From: Alphaproteobacteria bacterium | Lineage (GTDB): Bacteria; Pseudomonadota; Alphaproteobacteria; Bin95 | NCBI GenBank assembly: GCA_964291285.2 | Contig: OZ219785.1 | Coordinates: 480,001 to 544,000 of the forward strand | Direction: 5' to 3' | DNA: 64,000 bases | Part shown: one piece after another, positions 10,403 through 19,558 of the stretch | How positions within the stretch are numbered: position 1 is the first letter of the stretch | Layout: every line of letters starts with the position of its first letter | Position numbers and translations under genes: made by a program | Notes under the pieces: model-generated | Database searches by the model: none | What the model was told of the DNA's origin: nothing | Seen by the model: the letters and a program-made list of their open reading frames with translations, nothing else

Positions 10403-11122
10403 ATGGCGATGCTCGAAGTCGAAATCTGGCGCGGGGAGGGCGGCGGCGGCGCCTGGCGGCGCTACGCCGTGCCGCACGAGGCCAACCAGACCGTGCTCGA
10501 CGTGGTGACGCATGTGCAGCGCTATCTGGACCCCTCACTCGCCTACCGTTTCGCCTGCCGGGTGGGCATGTGCGGCTCCTGCGCGATGACCGTCAACGGC
10601 CGCCCGCGCTGGACCTGCCGCACCCATGTCTCGCAGGCCGCGCGCAAGGGCCGGGTGCGGATCGGGCCGCTGCGCAACCTGCCGGTCATCAGGGACCTCG
10701 CGGTGGACATGGCGCCCTTCTTCGAGAAATGGCGCGACGCGGAGGCGCGGTTCGTGCCGCCGCCCGCGCCTGCCGAAGAAGCCGTCCGGCCGGACGAGCC
10801 GGGACGCATGGCCGCCGACGCCGGCATCGAGTGCATCAACTGCGCCGTCTGCTACGCCGCCTGCGACAGCGTGGCCTGGAACCCGGACTATCCGGGCCCG
10901 GCCGTGCTGAACCGCCTCTGGACGCTGGTGAACGACCGGCGCGACGGCGACCGCGACGGCCACCTGGACGCAGCCGGGGCGGGCTGCCACCTCTGCCGCA
11001 GCCACCAGGAATGCGCCGACGCCTGCCCGACCGGCCTCAACCCGACGGCCGCCATCGCCGGCCTGAAGCGCGAGGTCTTCCGCCGCGCGCTCGGCGGCGG
11101 CGCGCGGGGTCCGCGCCGATGA
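10403..11122 (+). CDS. Succinate dehydrogenase/fumarate reductase-family iron-sulfur subunit
   Basis: CRVGMCGSC...C (2Fe-2S), CINCAVCYAAC, CRSHQECADACP. Confidence 0.88.
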   Translation: MAMLEVEIWRGEGGGGAWRRYAVPHEANQTVLDVVTHVQRYLDPSLAYRFACRVGMCGSCAMTVNGRPRWTCRTHVSQAARKGRVRIGPLRNLPVIRDLAVDMAPFFEKWRDAEARFVPPPAPAEEAVRPDEPGRMAADAGIECINCAVCYAACDSVAWNPDYPGPAVLNRLWTLVNDRRDGDRDGHLDAAGAGCHLCRSHQECADACPTGLNPTAAIAGLKREVFRRALGGGARGPRR

Positions 11123-11445
11123 ACGAGGCCTGGCTGTTCGCGGCGCAGCGCCTCTCGGCAATGGTGATGGCGCCGCTGGTGCTGCTGCATCTGGGGGTCA
11201 TCCTCTATGCCGTCCGGGACGGGCTTTCCGCCGAGGAAATCCTGGCGCGCACCGAGGGCAGCCTGTTCTGGGGCGCGGTCTACGGGCTGTTCGTGCTGGC
11301 CGCCGCCGTGCATGCGCCCATCGGGCTGCGGGCCGTACTGAGGGAGTGGGGGCGCTGGCGGGGCGCAGGCCTGGACATCGCCATGACGATGTTCGGCCTC
11401 GTGCTGCTCGCGCTCGGCCTGCGCGCCGTGGCGGCCGTGCTGTGA
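11119..11445 (+). CDS. Sdh/Frd small membrane anchor subunit
   Basis: QRLSA...H, VHAPIGLR, three hydrophobic segments; ATGA overlap. Confidence 0.8.
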   Translation: MNEAWLFAAQRLSAMVMAPLVLLHLGVILYAVRDGLSAEEILARTEGSLFWGAVYGLFVLAAAVHAPIGLRAVLREWGRWRGAGLDIAMTMFGLVLLALGLRAVAAVL

Positions 11446-11768
11446 AGCGCGGACCCTGGTGGGCCTTCCTGCTGCACCGGCTTTCGGGCGTGGCGCTGGC
11501 GGTCTTCCTGCCGGTCCACTTCCTCGTGCTCGGCCTCGCGGTGGAGCGCGCGGCGCTTGATCGCGTGCTCGACTGGACGGACAATCCGTGGGTCAAGCTC
11601 GCCGAGGCGGGGCTGGTCGTGTTGCTGGCGCTCCACCTGACGGGGGGCCTGCGCGTGCTGCTGCTCGAGTTCGGGCGCTGGTCCGACCGCCAGCGGTCGC
11701 GGATTGCGGTGGCGGGCGGGCTGGCGCTGCTCGCGGGCTTCGGCTTCCTGGCGGCGGCCTTCGCATGA
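11442..11768 (+). CDS. Sdh/Frd cytochrome b-type membrane subunit
   Basis: LHRLSG, LHLTGGLR heme-ligand motifs; GTGA overlap. Confidence 0.8.
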   Translation: MKRGPWWAFLLHRLSGVALAVFLPVHFLVLGLAVERAALDRVLDWTDNPWVKLAEAGLVVLLALHLTGGLRVLLLEFGRWSDRQRSRIAVAGGLALLAGFGFLAAAFA

Positions 11769-13525
11769 TCGAGCGCCTCGACCGGGACATACTGATCCTC
11801 GGCTCCGGCGGGGCCGGGCTGTTCGCCGCGCTGCACGCCTACCGCGCCGACCCCGCGCTCGACATCGCCGTCGCAGCCAAGGGCCTGCTCGGCAAGAGCG
11901 GCTGCACCCGCATGGTGCAGGGCGGCTACAATGTGGCGCTCGCGCCCGGCGACAGCCTCGAACGCCATTTCATGGACACGATCGAAGGCGGGGCCTGGAT
12001 CAACCACCAGGAGCTGGCCTGGACGCTGATCGAGGGCGCGGTGGCGCGCATCCGCGAACTGGAAGACGAGATCGGCTGCTATTTCGACCGCAATCCCGAC
12101 GGCAGCATCCACCAGAAGGCGTTCGCCGGCCAGACCTTCGACCGCACCGTCCACAAGGGAGACCTCACCGGCATCGAGATCGTCAACCGGCTGATGGAGC
12201 AGGTCTGGGCGCGGGCGGTGACGCGGCTGGAGGAGCACCGGGCGGCGGCGCTGGTCCCCTCGCGCGACGGCTCCAGGCTCGCCGGCGTGCTGCTGATCGA
12301 CATTCGCACGGGCGTCCTGCGCTTCGTGCGGGCGAAGGCCGTGCTGCTCGCCACCGGCGGCGGCCCGACCATGTACCGCTACCACACCCCCTCCGGCGAC
12401 AAGACCTGCGACGGCATGGCGATGGCGCTGGAGGCGGGCCTGGCGCTGCGCGACATGGAGATGGTCCAGTTCCACCCGACGGGGCTCTATGCCGGCCCCG
12501 GCACGAGGATGACCGGCACCGTGCTGGAAGAGGGCTTGCGCGGCGCCGGCGGCCACCTGCTCGGCGGCGACGGCGCGCGCTTCATGGAGCGCTACGACGA
12601 CCGGCTGGAGCGCGCCACCCGCGACATCGTCAGCCGCGCCATGGCGAGCGAGATGCGTGCCGGGAACGTGACCGAAAACGGCGGGCTCTACATCTCGATG
12701 GCCCATCTCGGCCCCGCCTCGGTGGCCGAGCGCTTCAAGGGCATGGTCGAGCGCTGCCGGGACTGCGGCTTCGACCTCGCCGGCGGGCTGGTCGAGGTGG
12801 TGCCGACCGCGCATTACATGATGGGCGGCGTCGCCTTCGAGCCGGACACGACGACCGCCCTGCCCGGCCTCTACGCCGCCGGCGAGGACACGGGCGGCGT
12901 CCACGGCGCGAACCGGCTCGGCGGCAACGGCGTCGCCAACTCCACCGTCTATGGCGGCATTGCCGGCGACCGGATGGCGGCGGACGCGGCCCGCGAGCGC
13001 GCCTTCCCCGACCCGGACGAGGCGGTGCTGGAGGCCGCCGCCGCGCGCTGCCTGAGGGTCTTCGACCGGCCGCCCGGCGACCTCGCCGGCATCCGCGACC
13101 GGCTCGCGGACCTGATGTGGGACGAGGTCGGCATATTGCGCTCGGCCGGGAGCCTCGAGCGCGCCGAAGCCGGGCTCGCCGCGCTCGCGGCGGAGGTGGA
13201 GGCGGCCGGCGCGCCCGGCGGCCCTACCTTCAACCTCGCCTGGCACGACCGGCTGAACCTGGAAAGCCTCGTGACCGTCTCGCGCGCGATCACGGCGGCG
13301 GCCCGCGCCCGCGAGGACTCGCGCGGCGCACACTACCGCGAGGACTTCCCCGAGACCGGAGACCTCGCCGCCACGCGCTATACCGCCGTGCGTCTGGAGG
13401 ACGGCGAATTCGCCTCCGCTTCGGAACCCGTCGCCTTCACCCGCGTCAGGCCCGGCGAGTCGCTGCTGGACCAGGCCCCGGGACAGGCCGCAGGTCCACC
13501 GGCGGAGCATGATCGTTCAGGTTGA
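11765..13525 (+). CDS. Sdh/Frd/NadB-family flavoprotein
   Basis: GSGGAG, LATGG, QFHPT, RDIVSRA, AHYMMGG, HGANRLGGN, SRGAHYREDFP. Confidence 0.88.
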   Translation: MIERLDRDILILGSGGAGLFAALHAYRADPALDIAVAAKGLLGKSGCTRMVQGGYNVALAPGDSLERHFMDTIEGGAWINHQELAWTLIEGAVARIRELEDEIGCYFDRNPDGSIHQKAFAGQTFDRTVHKGDLTGIEIVNRLMEQVWARAVTRLEEHRAAALVPSRDGSRLAGVLLIDIRTGVLRFVRAKAVLLATGGGPTMYRYHTPSGDKTCDGMAMALEAGLALRDMEMVQFHPTGLYAGPGTRMTGTVLEEGLRGAGGHLLGGDGARFMERYDDRLERATRDIVSRAMASEMRAGNVTENGGLYISMAHLGPASVAERFKGMVERCRDCGFDLAGGLVEVVPTAHYMMGGVAFEPDTTTALPGLYAAGEDTGGVHGANRLGGNGVANSTVYGGIAGDRMAADAARERAFPDPDEAVLEAAAARCLRVFDRPPGDLAGIRDRLADLMWDEVGILRSAGSLERAEAGLAALAAEVEAAGAPGGPTFNLAWHDRLNLESLVTVSRAITAAARAREDSRGAHYREDFPETGDLAATRYTAVRLEDGEFASASEPVAFTRVRPGESLLDQAPGQAAGPPAEHDRSG

Positions 13526-13640
13526 AACAGCAGGGGCACGCCCCCGCATCTCCGCCCGGAAGCCCGGACTCGCACCCGGCCGGGACATGACATCGTACGG
13601 CCCGCCCCACGGTCGGTCCTGTCTTGCCGCCTTTCCGGTC

Positions 13641-13669
13641 TTGGGGAAACCGCCCGCCTCTGTCACAAT
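13641..13669 (+). promoter_or_regulatory. Possible sigma70 promoter for a leaderless smt transcript
   Basis: TTGGGG-17 nt-CACAAT, with only 6 nt between it and ATG 13676; no Shine-Dalgarno visible. Confidence 0.3.
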
Positions 13670-13675
13670 GTTCCG

Positions 13676-14707
13676 ATGACCCGTTCTTCCGCCAAGCGGT
13701 CGAGTTCCCGTTCTCTCGCCAATCTCGCTCCGGACGAAGTGAAATCCGTGGTGGACGGTTACACGGCGATTTACGACGCCGGAGAGCAGGGCAGAAGAGA
13801 GCAATACCGCTCGCTCGTAAATCACTATTACGACCTGGTTACCGACTTCTACGAATTCGGCTGGGGCCAGTCCTTTCACTTCGCGCCAAGGCGCCGGGGC
13901 GAGAGCTTCAAGGCTTCGATGGTCAGGCACCAGCATTATCTCGCCGACCGGCTGGTCCTGAAGCCGGGCATGCAGGTGCTCGATGTGGGATGCGGGGTCG
14001 GCGGACCGATGGGCAACCTGGCGCGCTATTCCGGCGCCGGCTTCGTCGGCATCAACAACAACACCTACCAGATCGAACGCGCGAAACATCACACCCGGGA
14101 TGTCGGGTCGCGGTGCCGCTTCATCCACGGCGACTACATGCGGATTCCCGAAGGCGAGGATTGCTACGACGCCGCGTTCGCCATCGAGTCCATGCCCCAC
14201 GCGCCGGACAAGGCAGGCGCGTTCCGCGAAATCCTGCGCGTCCTGCGCCCCGGCGCCTGTTTCGCGGGTTACGAGTGGTGCCTCACCGATGATTTCGACC
14301 CCGAAAACGCGGAGCACCAGCGGATCAAGAACGAGATCATGGTTGGGGATGCGCTGCCGGAAATCGCGTCCATGCCGGAGATTTGCGACGCATTGCGCAC
14401 CGCCGGGTTCGAGCTGCTGGAAGCCAGGGACCGCGCCCCCGAGTCGGATCCGCAAACGCCCTGGTACCGCGCCCTGCAGGGCCGCGACTTCACGCTTTCG
14501 AGCATCCCGCGCACGCCTTTCGGCCGCGCCCTCACCAATCAGACGCTGCGGGTCGGAGAGAGGCTGCGGCTGTTTCCTGAGGGCTCCCGCGCGGTCAGCA
14601 CGCTGCTGAACGCGGCGGCCGACGCGCTGATCGAAGGCGGCAGGTCCGGCATCTTCACGCCGATGTTCTTTTTCCTGGCCCGCAAGCCTCCGCGCTCCGG
14701 CGACTGA
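13676..14707 (+). CDS. smt: Sterol 24-C-methyltransferase (SMT/ERG6-like)
   Basis: Region I YYDLVTDFYEFGWGQSFHFA, region II VLDVGCGVGGP, GINNNTYQ, region III FAIESMPHAP, region IV YEWCLTD, C-terminal GIFTPMFFFLARKP. Confidence 0.93.
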   Translation: MTRSSAKRSSSRSLANLAPDEVKSVVDGYTAIYDAGEQGRREQYRSLVNHYYDLVTDFYEFGWGQSFHFAPRRRGESFKASMVRHQHYLADRLVLKPGMQVLDVGCGVGGPMGNLARYSGAGFVGINNNTYQIERAKHHTRDVGSRCRFIHGDYMRIPEGEDCYDAAFAIESMPHAPDKAGAFREILRVLRPGACFAGYEWCLTDDFDPENAEHQRIKNEIMVGDALPEIASMPEICDALRTAGFELLEARDRAPESDPQTPWYRALQGRDFTLSSIPRTPFGRALTNQTLRVGERLRLFPEGSRAVSTLLNAAADALIEGGRSGIFTPMFFFLARKPPRSGD

Positions 14708-14742
14708 ACGCCGCGCGTCCTCGGCCGCAGGGCCGCCGGCGC

Positions 14743-17700
14743 TCAGGACAGGGAACGGGCGGAAGCCGCTTCCGGCAGGGGCGGCACCGACGCGCCGGCG
14801 CAGGCAGCAGGGGCGGCGAGGTTCAACCGGTCCCGGCGGCGGCGCTCATAGAGGCTGAGCGCATGCAGCGGGAAATACTGCCGGTAGAGCACGTAATCCA
14901 GGAGCGCCGTCCGGAAGAACACGCCGGCCATGTTCTGTTTGGGCCACCCCCCTTCGGCGTCCTGCGTGTCGAGCAGGAACCGGGCGCCGCGCGACACCGC
15001 GGCCCAGTTCGAGTCGCCCGCCTCGAGGAGCGCGATCAGCGCCCACGCGGTCTGGATGACCTGGCTCTCGCCGTGCGGGACATAGCGGCCGGTCAGGCAG
15101 CCGCTGTGGTGCTCGCCCCATCCTCCGTCTTCCCGCTGGCGTTCCAGCAGCCAGCGGCAGGCCGAGCGCAGCGCCGGGTCGCCGGGACGGGACCCGGCGG
15201 CAAGAAGGCCCCTGATGCCGAACAGGGTGCCGTAAATGAACTGGACGCCCCATACGCCGCGCCAGGAGCCGTCCATCGCCTGCGTCCGGCGCAGCCAGGA
15301 TTCGGCCCGGGAGACGGCGCCCGCCGCGCCGTCCGCGATCTCCGGAAACCGCTCCCTGCACGCGGCGAGCGCGGCGAGGCAGGATGCCGTGCATTCCACA
15401 AAGGAATGCTCCGTCATCGAGTCGCCGAACATCTCGGCCGGATTCAGCCACTCCAGGCCGAAAGCCGAACGCCGCGCCTCATAGCTGCCGAAGCCGCCGT
15501 CGCGGTTCTGGCCGCGCAGCATGAAGGCGACCGCATCGCCGAGCGCCGCCCTGTCGGCGTCGCCGCCCCGTGCCGCGATGAGTCCGAGCACCGCCTCCGC
15601 CGTGCAATCGCTCACCGGCCAGCCATGCCACCCGCCCGCAAAGCACCAGCCGCCCCTGGGGTCGGTTCGATAGGCTTCGCGAAACCCTTCGAAGCTCGTA
15701 TCGATCTGCTCGCCCAGCAGGAAACCGGCGCCGCGCGCGAGCGCGTCCCCGACCCCGGCGGGCTCGGGCAGCGCCGCCAGCGCCTGCAGCGCGAACCCCG
15801 TGTCCCAGGAGGCGCTTCTCGCTCCGGTGACGCGCGCGCCCTCTTCCTCGTCTTCCCAGATCCAGCCGTCCAGCTGCGCGAGCGCCTGCCGGCAGTCGGC
15901 GTCGTCCGGATCGTGCAGCCACAGCGCAAGGATGTTGAGAAGGCCGCTGACCGGGGAGATGCTTGTGTGGCTGGTGGTCTGCAGCTCCCACCTGATGCGC
16001 CCGACAATCGCATCCGTGCATCGCGCGCGGAGGCGCCTGCCGTGAACCCGCTCGAACAGCCGCGCCAGCCCGTATCCGGCCCTGAGCCAGAGGCCCGGCC
16101 TCGCATACAGGTCGGCATCCCGCAGGCGACCCCGGGCAGCGGAGAAGTCAACGCCGGCAAAGCCCTGCGGGAACAGCTCCTCCCGCAGCGATTCGATCAG
16201 CGGCGTGACGGGCGCCTGGAACCGGCGCGCGTAAATCGCCGCCATCGCCATGTAGATGAGCCGCGTGTGGCAGTACCAGTTCGAGGGGTGCAGCGGTATC
16301 CGGCGCGGCAGGCTCCACAGTTCCGGCAGAACCGCGTTCACCCCGCGCCAGTCATAGAGGTTGAGGAGCGCCAGCCAGAATTTTCCCCAGCTCGGAATGC
16401 CGAGAACCCCCTCGGCCTGCAGGAACCGCCGGGCCGGCTCGACCAGGGGATCCTCCCGCCCGACGCCCAGCAGCCTCGCCGCGACATAGACGAGTGCGGT
16501 GACGAACAGGTGAGGCGGCGAGTGCTCGTGCAGGCCCCATGCGCCGCCCTCGAGCCGGGTCCGCTCGAAGGAGCGCAGCACACGCCGGCGGCGGCCCGGT
16601 TCCAGCGGCCGTCCGATTAGATGGTGCAGCAGCGCATATTGCGCGGTGAGCATGGGGCACCAGACCATCTCGCCTTCCCACGCGCCGTCCTCTCTCTGGA
16701 GGCTCAACAGGCGCGCGGCCGCGCTCTTCAATGCCGGACCGGCATCGGGCGATTCGACCTCCTTCGAGCGGGCGGGCCTGGAGGCCTCGCCTCCGGAAGG
16801 CATGGAGTACAGGAACGCGCGGGCCAGGCTGTCCCGGGTTTGCCTGCTTTCTTCCCGGCCCTCGCGACTCGCCTGCCGGAGCTGCCGGACACCGCGCTGG
16901 AGCCACCAGAGGCGAACGGCGAGCGCATTGAAGATGGTCCGGGTCCGATGCGAAGCGAACCGGCGGAAGGAGAACGGAATCTCCCGGGTCAGCGCCCGGG
17001 CCACCGTTCCGCAGAATGCGAGGGTCATGCCGGTCGCGGACCGGTCCTCGCAGGCGAGTATCCGCGTGGTCCGGTCCCGGTACGCGGAATTCGCCCGCCA
17101 GCCCCGGTAGATCGCGGATCTGAGGACCACCGCTTCCACGCGATGATCGGCGAAGACCTCGTAGAGCCCCATTGCGAGGAACTCGGGAATGCGGGTCGCC
17201 CGGAAGCGTTCGGCGGCGAAGTCCCGAAAGCGCTCGTTCTCGGCGAGCGTCAGCGCATCGCCGAACCCGAGTGTCATGCCGACCGCCGTCATGGGATGAT
17301 AGTGCCCGGCGGCGTCGCCGATCAGCACCCGGCGCGGGCTCAGCTGATTGGCCGCCGCATGGAATTGGCCCGCCCGCAACGCCTCGACGAAGGCCGGCCC
17401 GAGAGCCCCCGGCAGCAGCCCGGCGCAGGATTCCGACAGGAAGGCAATCCGGTCCCGGGGCGTCCAGCGGTCCAGCGGAAGATCGACGATGACCCGGACG
17501 CAGCCGTCCGCCAGGCCGTATATGAGGATCGGACCCGGCCCGCCCAGCACCACATGCCCGTAGCCTTCGAAGGGCAGGTCCGCCCCGCCTATGGTGACCC
17601 CCAGCATCCGCGAGCAGAGCATCGGGTCCGTGGAGAGACCCAGCGACTGGCGCACGATCGAGGCCCGGCCGTCGGCGCCGACGACGCGCGCGGCGGTTAT

Positions 17701-18144
17701 GGAGCGCTCATCGCCGCCAACGGAAAAGGCGACCCGCCCGTCATCGACCGCATTGACCCGCGCGTGGGAAATGAAATCGACGCCGGCTTCGTCCGCGATG
17801 GCGTCGCGGAGGCTCGAGACGAGCAGCGCATGGTCGCATGCCAGGCCCCGGGACCCGTCCGGATAGGGAAGCAGGATCGGCTCCGAGCCGTCCTCCGGAA
17901 ACACCACGAATCCCTTGCCCGGCGTGGCTCCGGGCAGCCGGTCCGTGTCTATCCCGATGTCGCGCAATATCCTGACGGCCGGCGGATGCAGCCACTCGCC
18001 GGCCAGGCGCGCCGATGCCCTGGGATTGGCTTCGAGCAGGGCCACCCGGGCGCCCTTGCGCGCATGGGCGAGCGCGCAGAGGCTCCCCACCGGGCCCGCG
18101 CCGACAATGGCTGCGTCGTAAGGCCGCCCGGCGGCACCGCTCAT
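14743..18144 (-). CDS. Squalene epoxidase-oxidosqualene cyclase fusion protein (1133 aa)
   Basis: N-terminal FAD monooxygenase: GAGPVG, LAGEWLHP, GADG, IGDAAGHYHPMTAVGMT. C-terminal OSC: WYCHTR, HGWPVSDCTAE, QW repeats, NPAEMFGD, VECTAS, GVWGVQF. One open frame; ATG overlaps the CYP51 stop (ATGA). Confidence 0.92.
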   Translation of the reverse strand: MSGAAGRPYDAAIVGAGPVGSLCALAHARKGARVALLEANPRASARLAGEWLHPPAVRILRDIGIDTDRLPGATPGKGFVVFPEDGSEPILLPYPDGSRGLACDHALLVSSLRDAIADEAGVDFISHARVNAVDDGRVAFSVGGDERSITAARVVGADGRASIVRQSLGLSTDPMLCSRMLGVTIGGADLPFEGYGHVVLGGPGPILIYGLADGCVRVIVDLPLDRWTPRDRIAFLSESCAGLLPGALGPAFVEALRAGQFHAAANQLSPRRVLIGDAAGHYHPMTAVGMTLGFGDALTLAENERFRDFAAERFRATRIPEFLAMGLYEVFADHRVEAVVLRSAIYRGWRANSAYRDRTTRILACEDRSATGMTLAFCGTVARALTREIPFSFRRFASHRTRTIFNALAVRLWWLQRGVRQLRQASREGREESRQTRDSLARAFLYSMPSGGEASRPARSKEVESPDAGPALKSAAARLLSLQREDGAWEGEMVWCPMLTAQYALLHHLIGRPLEPGRRRRVLRSFERTRLEGGAWGLHEHSPPHLFVTALVYVAARLLGVGREDPLVEPARRFLQAEGVLGIPSWGKFWLALLNLYDWRGVNAVLPELWSLPRRIPLHPSNWYCHTRLIYMAMAAIYARRFQAPVTPLIESLREELFPQGFAGVDFSAARGRLRDADLYARPGLWLRAGYGLARLFERVHGRRLRARCTDAIVGRIRWELQTTSHTSISPVSGLLNILALWLHDPDDADCRQALAQLDGWIWEDEEEGARVTGARSASWDTGFALQALAALPEPAGVGDALARGAGFLLGEQIDTSFEGFREAYRTDPRGGWCFAGGWHGWPVSDCTAEAVLGLIAARGGDADRAALGDAVAFMLRGQNRDGGFGSYEARRSAFGLEWLNPAEMFGDSMTEHSFVECTASCLAALAACRERFPEIADGAAGAVSRAESWLRRTQAMDGSWRGVWGVQFIYGTLFGIRGLLAAGSRPGDPALRSACRWLLERQREDGGWGEHHSGCLTGRYVPHGESQVIQTAWALIALLEAGDSNWAAVSRGARFLLDTQDAEGGWPKQNMAGVFFRTALLDYVLYRQYFPLHALSLYERRRRDRLNLAAPAACAGASVPPLPEAASARSLS

Positions 18145-19550
18145 CGGAAAACGCTCGGCTCCACGCGGCGGCGGTAGCGGACCCGGCACGGCGTCTCGGG
18201 CCCCGTCACCCAGCTGCCGTAATTCGGGCGTGGAAACTTCGGCCCGGCGACGAAGTCGAAGCGGTCGAGCAGAACCGTCCAGATCGCCTTGAGCTGCATA
18301 TAGGCGAAATTCTTGCCCATGCACGCATGTTTGCCGCCGCCGAAGCCGATCAGGGCGTAATGATGTTGCCTGTCCTCGCTGGCGGGCGGCGCGAAACGGT
18401 CCGGGAAGAACCGCTCCGGATCGGCGAAAACCCGGGGCAGGCGGTGGGAAACCGCCGGCGACACCATGGCCATGGTGCCGGCGGGCACGACACTGCCCCC
18501 GTAACGGAGCGGTTCGAGCACCTTCCGGATCAGCAATATCAGCGGCGGGTGCAATCGCTCGCATTCGCGCACGGCGTTTTCCATCGCCGGCTGGCGCTGA
18601 AGGCTGTCGAGGCTCATCGACCCCGCTTCGCGGTAAACCTCCCGCGCCTCCTCCCTCAACCGTGCCAGGTAGGAGGGCGTCCTGAAGAGCTCCAGGCCGG
18701 TCCAGGTCGCGAGCACCGCGCTGGTGTGCTGGCCGGCGAACAGCACGGTCAGCAGGATCCCCGTGATCTCGTCGTTGCTGAGCGCACGGCCGTTCTTGTA
18801 GCGCGCATTCATGAGCGTTTGCATGAAGTCGTCGGGACCGGCCCCGGCATTGCGGCGCGCCGCCATGATTCCACCGAAGAGCTCCGCCACCTTCCGGCGG
18901 GCCCGGTCGCGGCTTCGATGCGCCGGGGTGGGAAGTCTGGGAAGGAAGAATCCGAGCGTGTTGATGCCCTTCTGCAGGTCGTGGTAGGCCTCGGCGAAGC
19001 CGGTATCCACCCGGTCGCGAACCTCCTGCCCGATCAGGCAGCGGCTGGCGATCCTGACGGTGAGCTCGTTCATCGCGTGCGGCAGGTCGATTTCGCCCTC
19101 CCCGCCGAGGGCGTCGGCGAAAGCGCTCGCCTCCTCGAACATGATGAGGGCGAATTTCCGCATGGCGGCTTCGCGGAGCGCGGGAAACAGGAACCCCAGC
19201 TGCTCCGCCATGATTTCCGGCGAGGTGTCATAGGCCACGCCGCGCCCGAAGACGGGCACGGTGAAGCGATAGACCGCCTTGGCGTTCAACTGGGTCTCGG
19301 GCGCCCTGAAATAGAAGTCGTGGGCTTCCGGCCCGGTGAAGAGAACGAAGTCGCGAAGTCCCAGCCTGAAGCGGAAAAGGTCGCCATGCCGGCGCCAGCC
19401 GCGGCTCAGCATGGCGACCGGGTCCCGCTGAAATTCCCTGAGATGGCCGATCAGCGGCCAGCTGCCCGCCAGTTCCGGAACGGGCGCCTCCGACGGCGGC
19501 GGGAGGTCCGCGGACTGCAGCGTCGCCATGCTGTGAGACCGGTTCGCCAT
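18141..19550 (-). CDS. cyp51: Sterol 14-alpha-demethylase (cytochrome P450 CYP51)
   Basis: SRS1 YRFTVPVFGRGVAYD, I-helix FAGQHTS, ECER (ExxR), heme motif FGGGKHACMG. Confidence 0.92.
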   Translation of the reverse strand: MANRSHSMATLQSADLPPPSEAPVPELAGSWPLIGHLREFQRDPVAMLSRGWRRHGDLFRFRLGLRDFVLFTGPEAHDFYFRAPETQLNAKAVYRFTVPVFGRGVAYDTSPEIMAEQLGFLFPALREAAMRKFALIMFEEASAFADALGGEGEIDLPHAMNELTVRIASRCLIGQEVRDRVDTGFAEAYHDLQKGINTLGFFLPRLPTPAHRSRDRARRKVAELFGGIMAARRNAGAGPDDFMQTLMNARYKNGRALSNDEITGILLTVLFAGQHTSAVLATWTGLELFRTPSYLARLREEAREVYREAGSMSLDSLQRQPAMENAVRECERLHPPLILLIRKVLEPLRYGGSVVPAGTMAMVSPAVSHRLPRVFADPERFFPDRFAPPASEDRQHHYALIGFGGGKHACMGKNFAYMQLKAIWTVLLDRFDFVAGPKFPRPNYGSWVTGPETPCRVRYRRRVEPSVFR

Positions 19551-19558
19551 CCCCGTCC

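Noticed and set aside
15560-15640. Squalene-hopene cyclase (hopanoid) assignment
   Set aside because: The catalytic motif is SDCTAE, not DXDD, and the neighbouring genes are sterol-specific.
18145-18564. 140-aa N-terminal extension of the SQE-OSC ORF, or a CYP51-SQE-OSC triple fusion
   Set aside because: The extension is an alternate frame overlapping CYP51. CYP51 stops at 18141-18143 and the ATG at 18144 overlaps it, so these are two coupled genes.
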